Origin: an uncultured Candidatus Saccharibacteria bacterium
GTDB taxonomy: Bacteria; Patescibacteriota; Saccharimonadia; Saccharimonadales; AWTP1-31
Length of the DNA stretch: 27,551 bases
Direction of reading: 5' to 3'
Assembly: GCA_964465215.1 (NCBI GenBank)
Contig: CAYXHO010000002.1
Span: forward strand, 1-27,551
Every line of letters starts with the position of its first letter. The first letter of the stretch is position 1. This document shows, piece after piece, positions 10,145 through 17,415 of the stretch. Made by a program: the position numbers and the translations under genes. The notes under the pieces are model-generated. The model was not told the DNA's origin and made no database searches. It was given only the letters and a program-made list of their open reading frames with translations.

Positions 10145-10193
10145 AATATTCAAGCCTTCAAGTACAAAAACGTGAGCATTCTGTGTGCTCCTG

Positions 10194-10199
10194 TATACT
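10194..10199 (+). promoter_or_regulatory. -10 hexamer TATACT for tyrS
   Basis: 7 nt before ATG 10207. Confidence 0.6.
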
Positions 10200-10206
10200 A
10201 GAGGTC

Positions 10207-11472
10207 ATGAGTACAAAATCAACACCTATGAGCCTCAGCCAAGAGCTGGCTTGGCGAGGCTTCTTTCACCAAACAACCTTTAAGGATGCTTCCACGCTTG
10301 ATGACGAGAAGCGCACATTCTTTTTTGGGGTCGACCCAAGTGCACCATCAATGACCATAGGCAATCTAGCATCAGCAATGATGGTCCGGTGTTTCTTAAA
10401 ACACGGATACACGGGTATCATCTTAGTCGGCGGGGCAACTGGGCTCATTGGCGATCCTGATGGTAAAGCTGATGAGCGTAATCTCAAAAGCATGGAGGAG
10501 ATCGAACGAAACAAACAAGGTATCTTAGGTCAATACAAGACTATCTTTAAAGATTTACCGCACGAGAATGTTGATAACTATGATTGGTTCAAAGATTTTG
10601 GTTATCTTGAATTTTTACGGACAGTCGGCAAGCATGTTCCAATGCGTCAGATGCTCAGCCGAGATTTTGTACAAACCAGGCTCAGTGAGGATGGCTCAGG
10701 CATTAGCTACGCAGAATTTAGTTACTCACTTATTCAAGGTTATGACTTTGTGCATCTTGCCAAAAATAAAGGTGTTACATTGCAATTATGTGGTGCCGAT
10801 CAGTGGGGAAACTGCATTGCTGGCGTTGATTTAGCACGTCGTATGCTCGGGCGTGAAGTACATATTTGGTCAACCCCCCTCATCGTCAACAAATCTACCG
10901 GTATTAAGTTTGGTAAAAGTGAAGAAGGAGCTATCTGGCTGGATGCCTCACTGACTAGCCCGTATAAGTTTTACCAGTTCTGGCTAAACCTCGACGATGA
11001 CGGTGTTGAGGACTACCTTAAGGTTTACACTGAACTAGATAAAGTTCAGATAGACGATATCATGAAGCGATTTAACGAAGATCGTTCTATTCGTTTAGCA
11101 CAGAAAACACTCGCTTTTGAAGTAACTGCCATGATGCATGGCAAAGAAACAGCTGAAAGTGTCACCAGAGTGAGTAAAACTCTATTTGGCGGTGCTTCGT
11201 ATGACAAGTTATCAGCTAACGATTTTGAGGTACTCAAAGCAGAGCTCGGGAGCGTTACAGCAAAGCCAGGTAGTAATCTTGTTGATCTATTAGTTGAAGC
11301 TGGTCTGGCTGCTTCTAAGGGTGAGGCTCGTCGCTTCTTAGAAAGCCGTGCTGTATACGTCAATGGCCAGCAAGTGGCATCAGATAAAGTTTCACTGAGT
11401 GAATCAGATATCATCCATGGTCATTGCGTACTTCGTCGAGGCAAAAACAGCCAAGTTGTTATTGAGCTTTAG
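10207..11472 (+). CDS. tyrS: Tyrosine--tRNA ligase
   Basis: GVDPSAPSMTIGN (HIGH equivalent), GGATGLIGDP, EFSYSLIQGYDF, QLCGADQWGN, KFGKS, C-terminal S4 domain. Start moved from GTG 10183 to ATG 10207 because of the promoter position; ATG 10228 is also possible. Confidence 0.96.
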   Translation: MSTKSTPMSLSQELAWRGFFHQTTFKDASTLDDEKRTFFFGVDPSAPSMTIGNLASAMMVRCFLKHGYTGIILVGGATGLIGDPDGKADERNLKSMEEIERNKQGILGQYKTIFKDLPHENVDNYDWFKDFGYLEFLRTVGKHVPMRQMLSRDFVQTRLSEDGSGISYAEFSYSLIQGYDFVHLAKNKGVTLQLCGADQWGNCIAGVDLARRMLGREVHIWSTPLIVNKSTGIKFGKSEEGAIWLDASLTSPYKFYQFWLNLDDDGVEDYLKVYTELDKVQIDDIMKRFNEDRSIRLAQKTLAFEVTAMMHGKETAESVTRVSKTLFGGASYDKLSANDFEVLKAELGSVTAKPGSNLVDLLVEAGLAASKGEARRFLESRAVYVNGQQVASDKVSLSESDIIHGHCVLRRGKNSQVVIEL

Positions 11473-11529
11473 CAGCCTGACAGCGTACTATACAAGCATT
11501 ACATGTATTAATTTTATAGACAGGAAGAT

Positions 11530-12312
11530 ATGACATCCACACAAACCAAAAAAACTGTAAAGAAAAAAGCTGATCAGTATAATGACAAAAGCCATAATTA
11601 CCTGCGCTATTGGGATGGACGTGATTATGAAAACGAAGCCGAGCGCATTGCGTTACGTCGGTTACTTCGCGGGCAGCACTTCACCCATGCTGCTGATATA
11701 GGCGGAGGCTACGGGCGGCTTTGTGTCTTTTTGGAAGACTATGCCGATAAAGTAACACTTGCCGAACCGAGCCAGCAGCAACTTGATATTGGCAAAGAGT
11801 TTCTAGAAGGTCACCCAACAGTCGAACGACTACTCACTCAAGCAGATGATCTCAAACTTAAAGATAAGAGTGTTGACCTTATCACGATGATTCGTGTAAT
11901 GCACCACTTGCCGGATCCGTCGGCTGAATTTGCCGAAATCAAACGAGTACTTACCGATGACGGAGTTTTCATATTAGAAATCGCCAATAACACGCACTTT
12001 TTGAACCGCATGCGGTATACACTCAAAGGTAAACGTTTGCCAACCGAACCAGTTGACATTCGCAGTCAAGAAAATCGCCGAGATGATGAGATTCCTTTTG
12101 TGAACCACAACCCCCGAACAGTTATCAAACAGCTAGCCCATGCCGGTCTCAAAGTAGATAAAATTCTATCTGTATCTAATCTGCGAAGCCCTGCTCTAAA
12201 GAAACTCGTACCTCGCAGCGCAATGTTGCGCCTTGAAAAAGCTATGCAGCGCCCACTTGCTAAAAGTTTCTTTGGGCCAAGCACTTTCTTGTATATCAAG
12301 AAAGCCCGCTAG
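11530..12312 (+). CDS. Class I SAM-dependent methyltransferase
   Basis: Motif I DIGGGYGR, acidic residue after beta2 (LAEPS), DLITMIRVMHHLPD, LTDDGVFILE. Confidence 0.88.
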   Translation: MTSTQTKKTVKKKADQYNDKSHNYLRYWDGRDYENEAERIALRRLLRGQHFTHAADIGGGYGRLCVFLEDYADKVTLAEPSQQQLDIGKEFLEGHPTVERLLTQADDLKLKDKSVDLITMIRVMHHLPDPSAEFAEIKRVLTDDGVFILEIANNTHFLNRMRYTLKGKRLPTEPVDIRSQENRRDDEIPFVNHNPRTVIKQLAHAGLKVDKILSVSNLRSPALKKLVPRSAMLRLEKAMQRPLAKSFFGPSTFLYIKKAR

Positions 12313-12323
12313 CTCAACTTAGG

Positions 12324-12329
12324 TATACT
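12324..12329 (+). promoter_or_regulatory. -10 hexamer TATACT, leaderless promoter for recG
   Basis: 7 nt before ATG 12337. Confidence 0.6.
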
Positions 12330-12336
12330 AGGGTGC

Positions 12337-14376
12337 ATGACACTCGATGATTCGGTGGAGACTATTAAAGGTGTCGGCCCAGCAGCTGCGGCCGTGTTTG
12401 CAAGTGCGGGAATTAATTCTATAGGTGATCTCATTCATTATTATCCTCGTCGATACGAAGATTATTCTCACATCAGCCCGATAGATACACTACGACCTGG
12501 CAAGGTAACGGTGCGGGCAGTCATTACAAAAGTGTCAGGGCGTTACGTCCGAAGAGGCATGCATGTAACTGAAGCGGTTGCCGAAGACGACAGCGGAAGC
12601 GTCCGTTTGGTGTGGTTCAATCAACCCTACCGGGCAACTGCTATCAAACACGGATCAGCATACTTTATTTCGGGCGATTTTCAGCTGAGCCACCAAAAAT
12701 TAGCCATCATGAATCCGGCTCTCGAACTCGAAAAAGACTTTACACACAATACTGCCCGCATTATTCCGGTATACCGAGAAGCTAGGGGGCTTAAATCTAC
12801 AGCCATTCGAAAAGCTATTGCCGCAGTAGCCTCGCTCATTGCTCGACTTCCCGAAACGCTTCCATCATGGATCATTTCAGACCAGCAACTCATGAGTTAC
12901 AGCAGCGCTGTGTTGGCTCTCCACTTTCCTGACTCCAAAGAACTTCTCGAAGCCGCGCGCACTCGACTCAGTTTTGAAGAAGTATTCGAGTTGACCCTTA
13001 CAGCATTACTCATAAAACATGATGCCCTACAAGAAACAGCTCTTGCCATTCCATTTAATGAAGCTCTGGCTAAGCAATTTGTAGGTCATCTCCCTTTTTC
13101 GTTAACCGATGAACAGCGTAAGGTTATTTGGCAGATTTATACCGACTTGCAGAAATCACAGCCTATGAACCGGCTGGTAGAAGGTGACGTTGGCTCGGGT
13201 AAGACCGTGGTAGCTACCATGGCAGCCCTCATAGCAATTGAGCAAGGATATCAAGTTGCGTTCATGGCTCCAACCGAGTTACTGGCTCGGCAACACGCCG
13301 AGACTATCTATCAGCTGCTACTACCACTTGGACTGGCTAATCACGTGAGTCTATTAGTTGGAGGTATGAAAGCCGCTCAAAAAAAACATGCTCATGCCCA
13401 AATCCGCTCTGGCAATGTTCGACTTATCGTCGGGACACATGCCCTCATCCAAGAACAAGTAGATATGCATAAACTTGGGTTGGTTATAATCGACGAGCAA
13501 CACCGCTTTGGCGTAGAGCAGCGGAAAAAACTGCAGGTCAAGGCTGGGCATATGCCGCACGTCTTATCTATGACCGCTACTCCCATTCCACGAAGTCTAG
13601 CGTTAACTCTATACGGCGAACTTGATATATCTGTCATTGCTCATAAGCCCAAAAATCGAAAACCCATCGCCACCAAACTCATTTCTCCTAATTCTCGAGC
13701 GAGCCTGTACGCTACGATTGACGAGCAGATTGATGCCGGGAGACAAGTTTTTTGGGTCTGTCCACTCATCACAGAGTCAGCAGTGAACAAAGAAACCCAG
13801 TCAGTTGAAGCAGTCTTTAAGACCCTTAAGCAATCAAGCTTTAAGCATCGACGTGTAGCGCTACTTCATGGAAAACTAAAAGCCGATGAAAAAGCCCGTA
13901 TCATGCAGGATTTCGTTGATGGCCACTATGACATTTTAGTCGCTACTACGGTAATCGAAGTAGGTGTTGACGTACCAAATGCAACGGTCATGGTTATCGA
14001 AAGTGCTGACCGCTTTGGTCTTGCGCAATTGCACCAACTACGAGGTCGTGTAGGGCGAAGTGAACATCAAGGTTACTGTTACCCCATACTCAGCGATTCA
14101 AAGCCCCCAACAAAGCGGCTCAAGGCCTTTTCACAAACTTCTGACGGTTTTCGCTTAAGCGAACTAGATCTTGAACTGCGTGGTCCGGGCGCTATCTATG
14201 GCACCCTCCAGCATGGAGCCTTAGACCTGAGGATTGCCTCACTGACCGACACTCAGCTCATCTCGTCAGCTAGAGCACAAGCGCAAGCATTTATCGATCG
14301 AGGCGAAAAACTGGTACAATATAACCATCTTGCCAAGCGTGTGCAAACACTACGAGCTGTCACCAGCTTAAACTAA
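12337..14376 (+). CDS. recG: ATP-dependent DNA helicase RecG
   Basis: KGVGP start, wedge/OB domain, RLVEGDVGSGKT, DEQHRFGV, MTATPIPRSL, QLHQLRGRVGR, DLELRGPG. Confidence 0.97.
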   Translation: MTLDDSVETIKGVGPAAAAVFASAGINSIGDLIHYYPRRYEDYSHISPIDTLRPGKVTVRAVITKVSGRYVRRGMHVTEAVAEDDSGSVRLVWFNQPYRATAIKHGSAYFISGDFQLSHQKLAIMNPALELEKDFTHNTARIIPVYREARGLKSTAIRKAIAAVASLIARLPETLPSWIISDQQLMSYSSAVLALHFPDSKELLEAARTRLSFEEVFELTLTALLIKHDALQETALAIPFNEALAKQFVGHLPFSLTDEQRKVIWQIYTDLQKSQPMNRLVEGDVGSGKTVVATMAALIAIEQGYQVAFMAPTELLARQHAETIYQLLLPLGLANHVSLLVGGMKAAQKKHAHAQIRSGNVRLIVGTHALIQEQVDMHKLGLVIIDEQHRFGVEQRKKLQVKAGHMPHVLSMTATPIPRSLALTLYGELDISVIAHKPKNRKPIATKLISPNSRASLYATIDEQIDAGRQVFWVCPLITESAVNKETQSVEAVFKTLKQSSFKHRRVALLHGKLKADEKARIMQDFVDGHYDILVATTVIEVGVDVPNATVMVIESADRFGLAQLHQLRGRVGRSEHQGYCYPILSDSKPPTKRLKAFSQTSDGFRLSELDLELRGPGAIYGTLQHGALDLRIASLTDTQLISSARAQAQAFIDRGEKLVQYNHLAKRVQTLRAVTSLN

Positions 14377-14383
14377 AACCAAT

Positions 14384-15205
14384 ATGTACTCAGGAACCAT
14401 ACTCAATAAGAAATCCGGCCGCATCATGGGCGCACATCAGAAGATTGATCGTGTTGCACGTAATAACCTGACGGCCTTACTTGCCGACGACAGTTTATTC
14501 CCCAAATCGAGTAAAATCCTCAACTTTGAAGGACTTAATGGCCCAGATGGCATTAAACGTAAAAGTCCCGGCGAAAACGAACCATTTCACTTCTTTAATC
14601 CTTTTGATGACGATGACACCGAAGTGGTCGATATGGTGGCCGACCACTATAAACAACTCGTTGCCGAGCTCAAAGCAAATAACCACGAACGCGTCGCTTT
14701 TGAAGCTGCCTGGTTAGCACACACCATTGTCGATGGCCTTACTCCCGCGCACCATTATCCGTACAAAGAAAAACTGGCCGAACTTCGCGGTGGAGAAGGG
14801 AACGAAACCCGCACCAGCATTAAGCACAAAATCGTCATGCCCGGGGACACCAAACGTGAAAAGGTGAAGAATAATTGGAAGATGTGGGGTCCAAAAGGCC
14901 TCCTCATGTCACACGGCATGTTTGAACTCGGCGTTGCAGCTATCATCGCTCCGCTACCATTTGCCGACAGCAAACCAACACGCGACGAAATAGCTCAGTT
15001 TTTAGAAATGGGCGTGACTGAATGGTTTAAGCGAACAGCCCGGGAAATTGCCGTGCTGGACATGTTTGCGCGGTACCATAAAAACGGATGGACTACGAAG
15101 CTAACTGTTGAAGTCCGTAATAAGCTAACGCCCACCATTATTAAGCATGTCACCCTAGCCTGGTACGCCGCCCTGATTGATGCAAAGGTAATTCAAGATC
15201 TATGA
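14384..15205 (+). CDS. Hypothetical protein, probable zinc-dependent phospholipase C / S1-P1 nuclease fold
   Basis: GAHQKI near the N-terminus, HFFNP, AWLAHTIVDGLTPAHH (HxxxDxxxPxH), SHGMFE. No signal peptide. The stop overlaps the rsmD start (ATGA). Confidence 0.6.
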   Translation: MYSGTILNKKSGRIMGAHQKIDRVARNNLTALLADDSLFPKSSKILNFEGLNGPDGIKRKSPGENEPFHFFNPFDDDDTEVVDMVADHYKQLVAELKANNHERVAFEAAWLAHTIVDGLTPAHHYPYKEKLAELRGGEGNETRTSIKHKIVMPGDTKREKVKNNWKMWGPKGLLMSHGMFELGVAAIIAPLPFADSKPTRDEIAQFLEMGVTEWFKRTAREIAVLDMFARYHKNGWTTKLTVEVRNKLTPTIIKHVTLAWYAALIDAKVIQDL

Positions 15206-15735
15206 GAATTGTTGCCGGTAGCCTAGGCAGCCGCCAATTTGACGCACCAAAAGGTCATCGCACCCACCCCATGGGCGACCGCGTGCGTACCGGCTTATTC
15301 AATACTCTCGGTGATATTACGGGCCTGACCGTGCTTGACGCCTTTGGGGGTAGTGGCGCAATTACGTTGGAAGCACTCAGTCGGGGCGCCACACACGCCA
15401 CTATACTCGAAATTGATCGAGATGCTTACGACGTCATCGAACGCAACATTGCTGCACTAAACCTACGTGATTGCACTAAGCTCATGCACATTAATGCTCG
15501 ATCCTGGTCGTACCGAAACAACACCGAGCGCTTCGATCTAGTTTTCTGCGACCCACCCTATGACAATCTACAAGAAACCATCATTGAAAAGCTTGCCAAA
15601 CACACCAAACCTGGCGGACTTTTCATCTTATCTTTACCCCCGCATGCCGACATAAGGCTCAACGTACAAACATTTGAGCACCTTACGACTAAATCCTATG
15701 GTGATGCAACGCTCCGTTTCTTTCGTCGTCATTAA
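15202..15735 (+). CDS. rsmD: RsmD family 16S rRNA m2G966-type methyltransferase
   Basis: MRIVAGSLGSR, DRVRTGLFNTL, VLDAFGGSGAITLEAL SRGA, FDLVFCDPPY, KSYGDA. Confidence 0.92.
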   Translation: MRIVAGSLGSRQFDAPKGHRTHPMGDRVRTGLFNTLGDITGLTVLDAFGGSGAITLEALSRGATHATILEIDRDAYDVIERNIAALNLRDCTKLMHINARSWSYRNNTERFDLVFCDPPYDNLQETIIEKLAKHTKPGGLFILSLPPHADIRLNVQTFEHLTTKSYGDATLRFFRRH

Positions 15736-15740
15736 TACTG

Positions 15741-15769
15741 TTGCTCTTAACAGAGCTATCCTTTACAAT
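15741..15769 (+). promoter_or_regulatory. Sigma70-type promoter for the 15796 ORF
   Basis: TTGCTC (15741-15746), 17 nt, TACAAT (15764-15769); SD TAAGGAG precedes the ATG. Confidence 0.65.
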
Positions 15770-15795
15770 CTCTCCATCAGTTCTAAGGAGTTCCA

Positions 15796-16329
15796 ATGGC
15801 CCAAAAACAAACTGTTAATGATGTTAACCCTGCATTATGCGAACGTGCCCCAATAGATGTTGGGAGCGACATAGTTATGACTACAGACAATTTCGATGAA
15901 CTAAGACTCCGGATTAGCGAAGAGGCTATAATTCGTTATAATAATTCTTCAGTAGTCTTTAAACGTGATAGATGGGTAGAGAAGCATCCCTTAGTCATAC
16001 CGGTTTTTCAACTTTGGGGATCGGCCGGAGAGCTACCAATCGTTGACGCTGTTCCTGCTGGTCATTCAAGTCGAATTGGCTATGCGACAGCCTGTATTGC
16101 CGCACTACATACACATAATCTTTCACCCGAAAAACTGGATGTACTTGAACAGTTTAGTTACCGCTCCCTCAGGCGTGCTTGCAAAAGTCCAGCAATCCGA
16201 AACAAATTTGAGTATTTTGATGATGATAATGATTTCAAGTTATTAAATCAGCGTCTAGAAAGAGATACTAAACTCTCTCGGATTATACAGTGGGACGGAG
16301 CCGGCACCTGGCTACCTGTTAACTTATAA
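15796..16329 (+). CDS. Hypothetical protein (orphan)
   Basis: 177-aa ORF with its own promoter and strong SD; no family recognised. Confidence 0.7.
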   Translation: MAQKQTVNDVNPALCERAPIDVGSDIVMTTDNFDELRLRISEEAIIRYNNSSVVFKRDRWVEKHPLVIPVFQLWGSAGELPIVDAVPAGHSSRIGYATACIAALHTHNLSPEKLDVLEQFSYRSLRRACKSPAIRNKFEYFDDDNDFKLLNQRLERDTKLSRIIQWDGAGTWLPVNL

Positions 16330-16351
16330 AACAATAGTCGGTCATTATGCT

Positions 16352-16436
16352 TGGTGCGCGAGAAAGGACTTGAACCTTCACGCCTTGCGGCACTAGCTCC
16401 TAAGGCTAGCGTGTCTACCAATTCCACCACTCGCGC
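16352..16436 (-). tRNA. tRNA-Leu, anticodon TAG, CCA encoded
   Basis: Acceptor GCGCGAG/CTCGCGC plus A-CCA, D-arm TGGTGGAATTGGTAGACA, anticodon arm CTAGC-CTTAGGA-GCTAG, long variable arm, T-arm GAAGG-TTCAAGT-CCTTT. Confidence 0.98.
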
Positions 16437-16498
16437 ATAAGTAGTATGAGACGTATGTCATTCTACCATAACACCTTACGACAGCCAATATGCACGAG

Positions 16499-17185
16499 CT
16501 AACGAGTGGCGAGTTCTTTGTAGCGTAACGCGGGCATTAAGGCAGTTATAACTGTAGCCATCAGTGACACAACTTGTCCGGCAATACCGAATACCGAAAA
16601 AGAAGGAATGAGCACGCAGGCAAATAGCAATCCGTACATTGTCCAGATTGGACGCCACTGACCTTTAGTCATAGCAAAACTACTACGCAAAGATTCAAGT
16701 ACTCCGACGTTTTTATCGGCCATGACAAATGGTGCCATTGAAAGGCGAGTAAATACCCAAACAGAGGGCAAGATAAATGCGACAAAACCGAGCAGTATCC
16801 CAAGTCCCATCGCTAGTTGCAGTACAAGCAATGGGAAAAACTGATTTCTTGTAGCTTCCCACAGCGAAAACGCTGAAACACTGCGTTTACGAATAATGGC
16901 TATTTGTAACTGAAGTTGCATAACCTGAAAGACCATCAGCAGAATTAGGAAGGCAATGGTAATCTGGAGATTTAATCCAAAAATTGACTCCATTATTAGA
17001 CGAAGATTTACTGGTTGGCCTTTTTCAAGTACAAAATTGCGACCATGCAATACACTTACCAAACTCAAAATAGATGTTAGTGCATACACTCCAACAACGG
17101 GACGGATATGAGCTTTGATAAGCTCCCAGCTTTTGGCCAGCAGTTCGGTAGCCGGCATATACTGCTTAGTATGTGTGTGTTTCAT
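16499..17185 (-). CDS. Integral membrane protein, resembling YciC/UPF0259/DUF975-type proteins
   Basis: About 5-6 hydrophobic segments; LLAKSWELIK and RLSMAPFVMADKNVGVLESLRSSFAMTKGQW patterns; SD AAGGAG. Family assignment is from memory of the pattern only. Confidence 0.75.
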   Translation of the reverse strand: MKHTHTKQYMPATELLAKSWELIKAHIRPVVGVYALTSILSLVSVLHGRNFVLEKGQPVNLRLIMESIFGLNLQITIAFLILLMVFQVMQLQLQIAIIRKRSVSAFSLWEATRNQFFPLLVLQLAMGLGILLGFVAFILPSVWVFTRLSMAPFVMADKNVGVLESLRSSFAMTKGQWRPIWTMYGLLFACVLIPSFSVFGIAGQVVSLMATVITALMPALRYKELATR

Positions 17186-17237
17186 GAATTCTCCTTAACA
17201 GCATTATGACCGAATAAAGCATTGAATGAAATAGAAG

Positions 17238-17266
17238 TTGCGTTGTAAGTACGTTTATGTTTTACT
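17238..17266 (+). promoter_or_regulatory. Putative promoter of the his leader/hisGE unit
   Basis: TTGCGT (17238-17243), 17 nt, TTTACT (17261-17266) preceded by TG-n; 6 nt before leader ATG 17273. Confidence 0.5.
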
Positions 17267-17272
17267 AGCACT

Positions 17273-17326
17273 ATGATTTTAGTTAGTCAATTACACGTAC
17301 ATATCCGGCCGGATCGTCTCGGTTAG
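17273..17326 (+). CDS. Putative histidine leader peptide MILVSQLHVHIRPDRLG (17 aa)
   Basis: ATG 17273 to TAG 17326, with His codons CAC (17294-17296) and CAT (17300-17302). It sits directly upstream of an antiterminator/terminator pair and hisG. Confidence 0.75.
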   Translation: MILVSQLHVHIRPDRLG

Positions 17327-17359
17327 CTTTGTATTTGTTTTTGCAAACTACGCCGGGGC
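17316..17359 (+). promoter_or_regulatory. Antiterminator hairpin of the attenuator
   Basis: GTCTCGGTTAG (17316-17326) pairs with CTACGCCGGGGC (17348-17359), with G-U pairs and one bulge. The helix continues as TTTGTA (17328-17333) with TGCAAA (17342-17347) and sequesters the 5' arm of the terminator. Folded by eye. Confidence 0.65.
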
Positions 17360-17381
17360 AACCCCGGCGTTTTTTATTTTT
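17350..17381 (+). terminator. Intrinsic terminator (attenuator) upstream of hisG
   Basis: ACGCCGGGG-CAA-CCCCGGCGT is a perfect 9-bp stem followed by TTTTTATTTTT, on the sense strand 35 nt before the hisG ATG. Confidence 0.9.
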
Positions 17382-17415
17382 GTTAACAATTTACTAACTA
17401 TTACAAGGAAAAACT

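Noticed and set aside
16248-16430. 60-aa minus-strand ORF in the ORF track
   Set aside because: It is the shadow translation of the tRNA-Leu gene.
16338-17213. Imperfect 13-bp inverted repeat (TCGGTCATTATGC at 16338-16350 and GCATTATGACCGA at 17201-17213; 12/13 match) flanking tRNA-Leu and the membrane gene
   Set aside because: It is short enough to be chance. There is no transposase or integrase, no target duplication, and no tRNA 3'-end direct repeat indicating an island.
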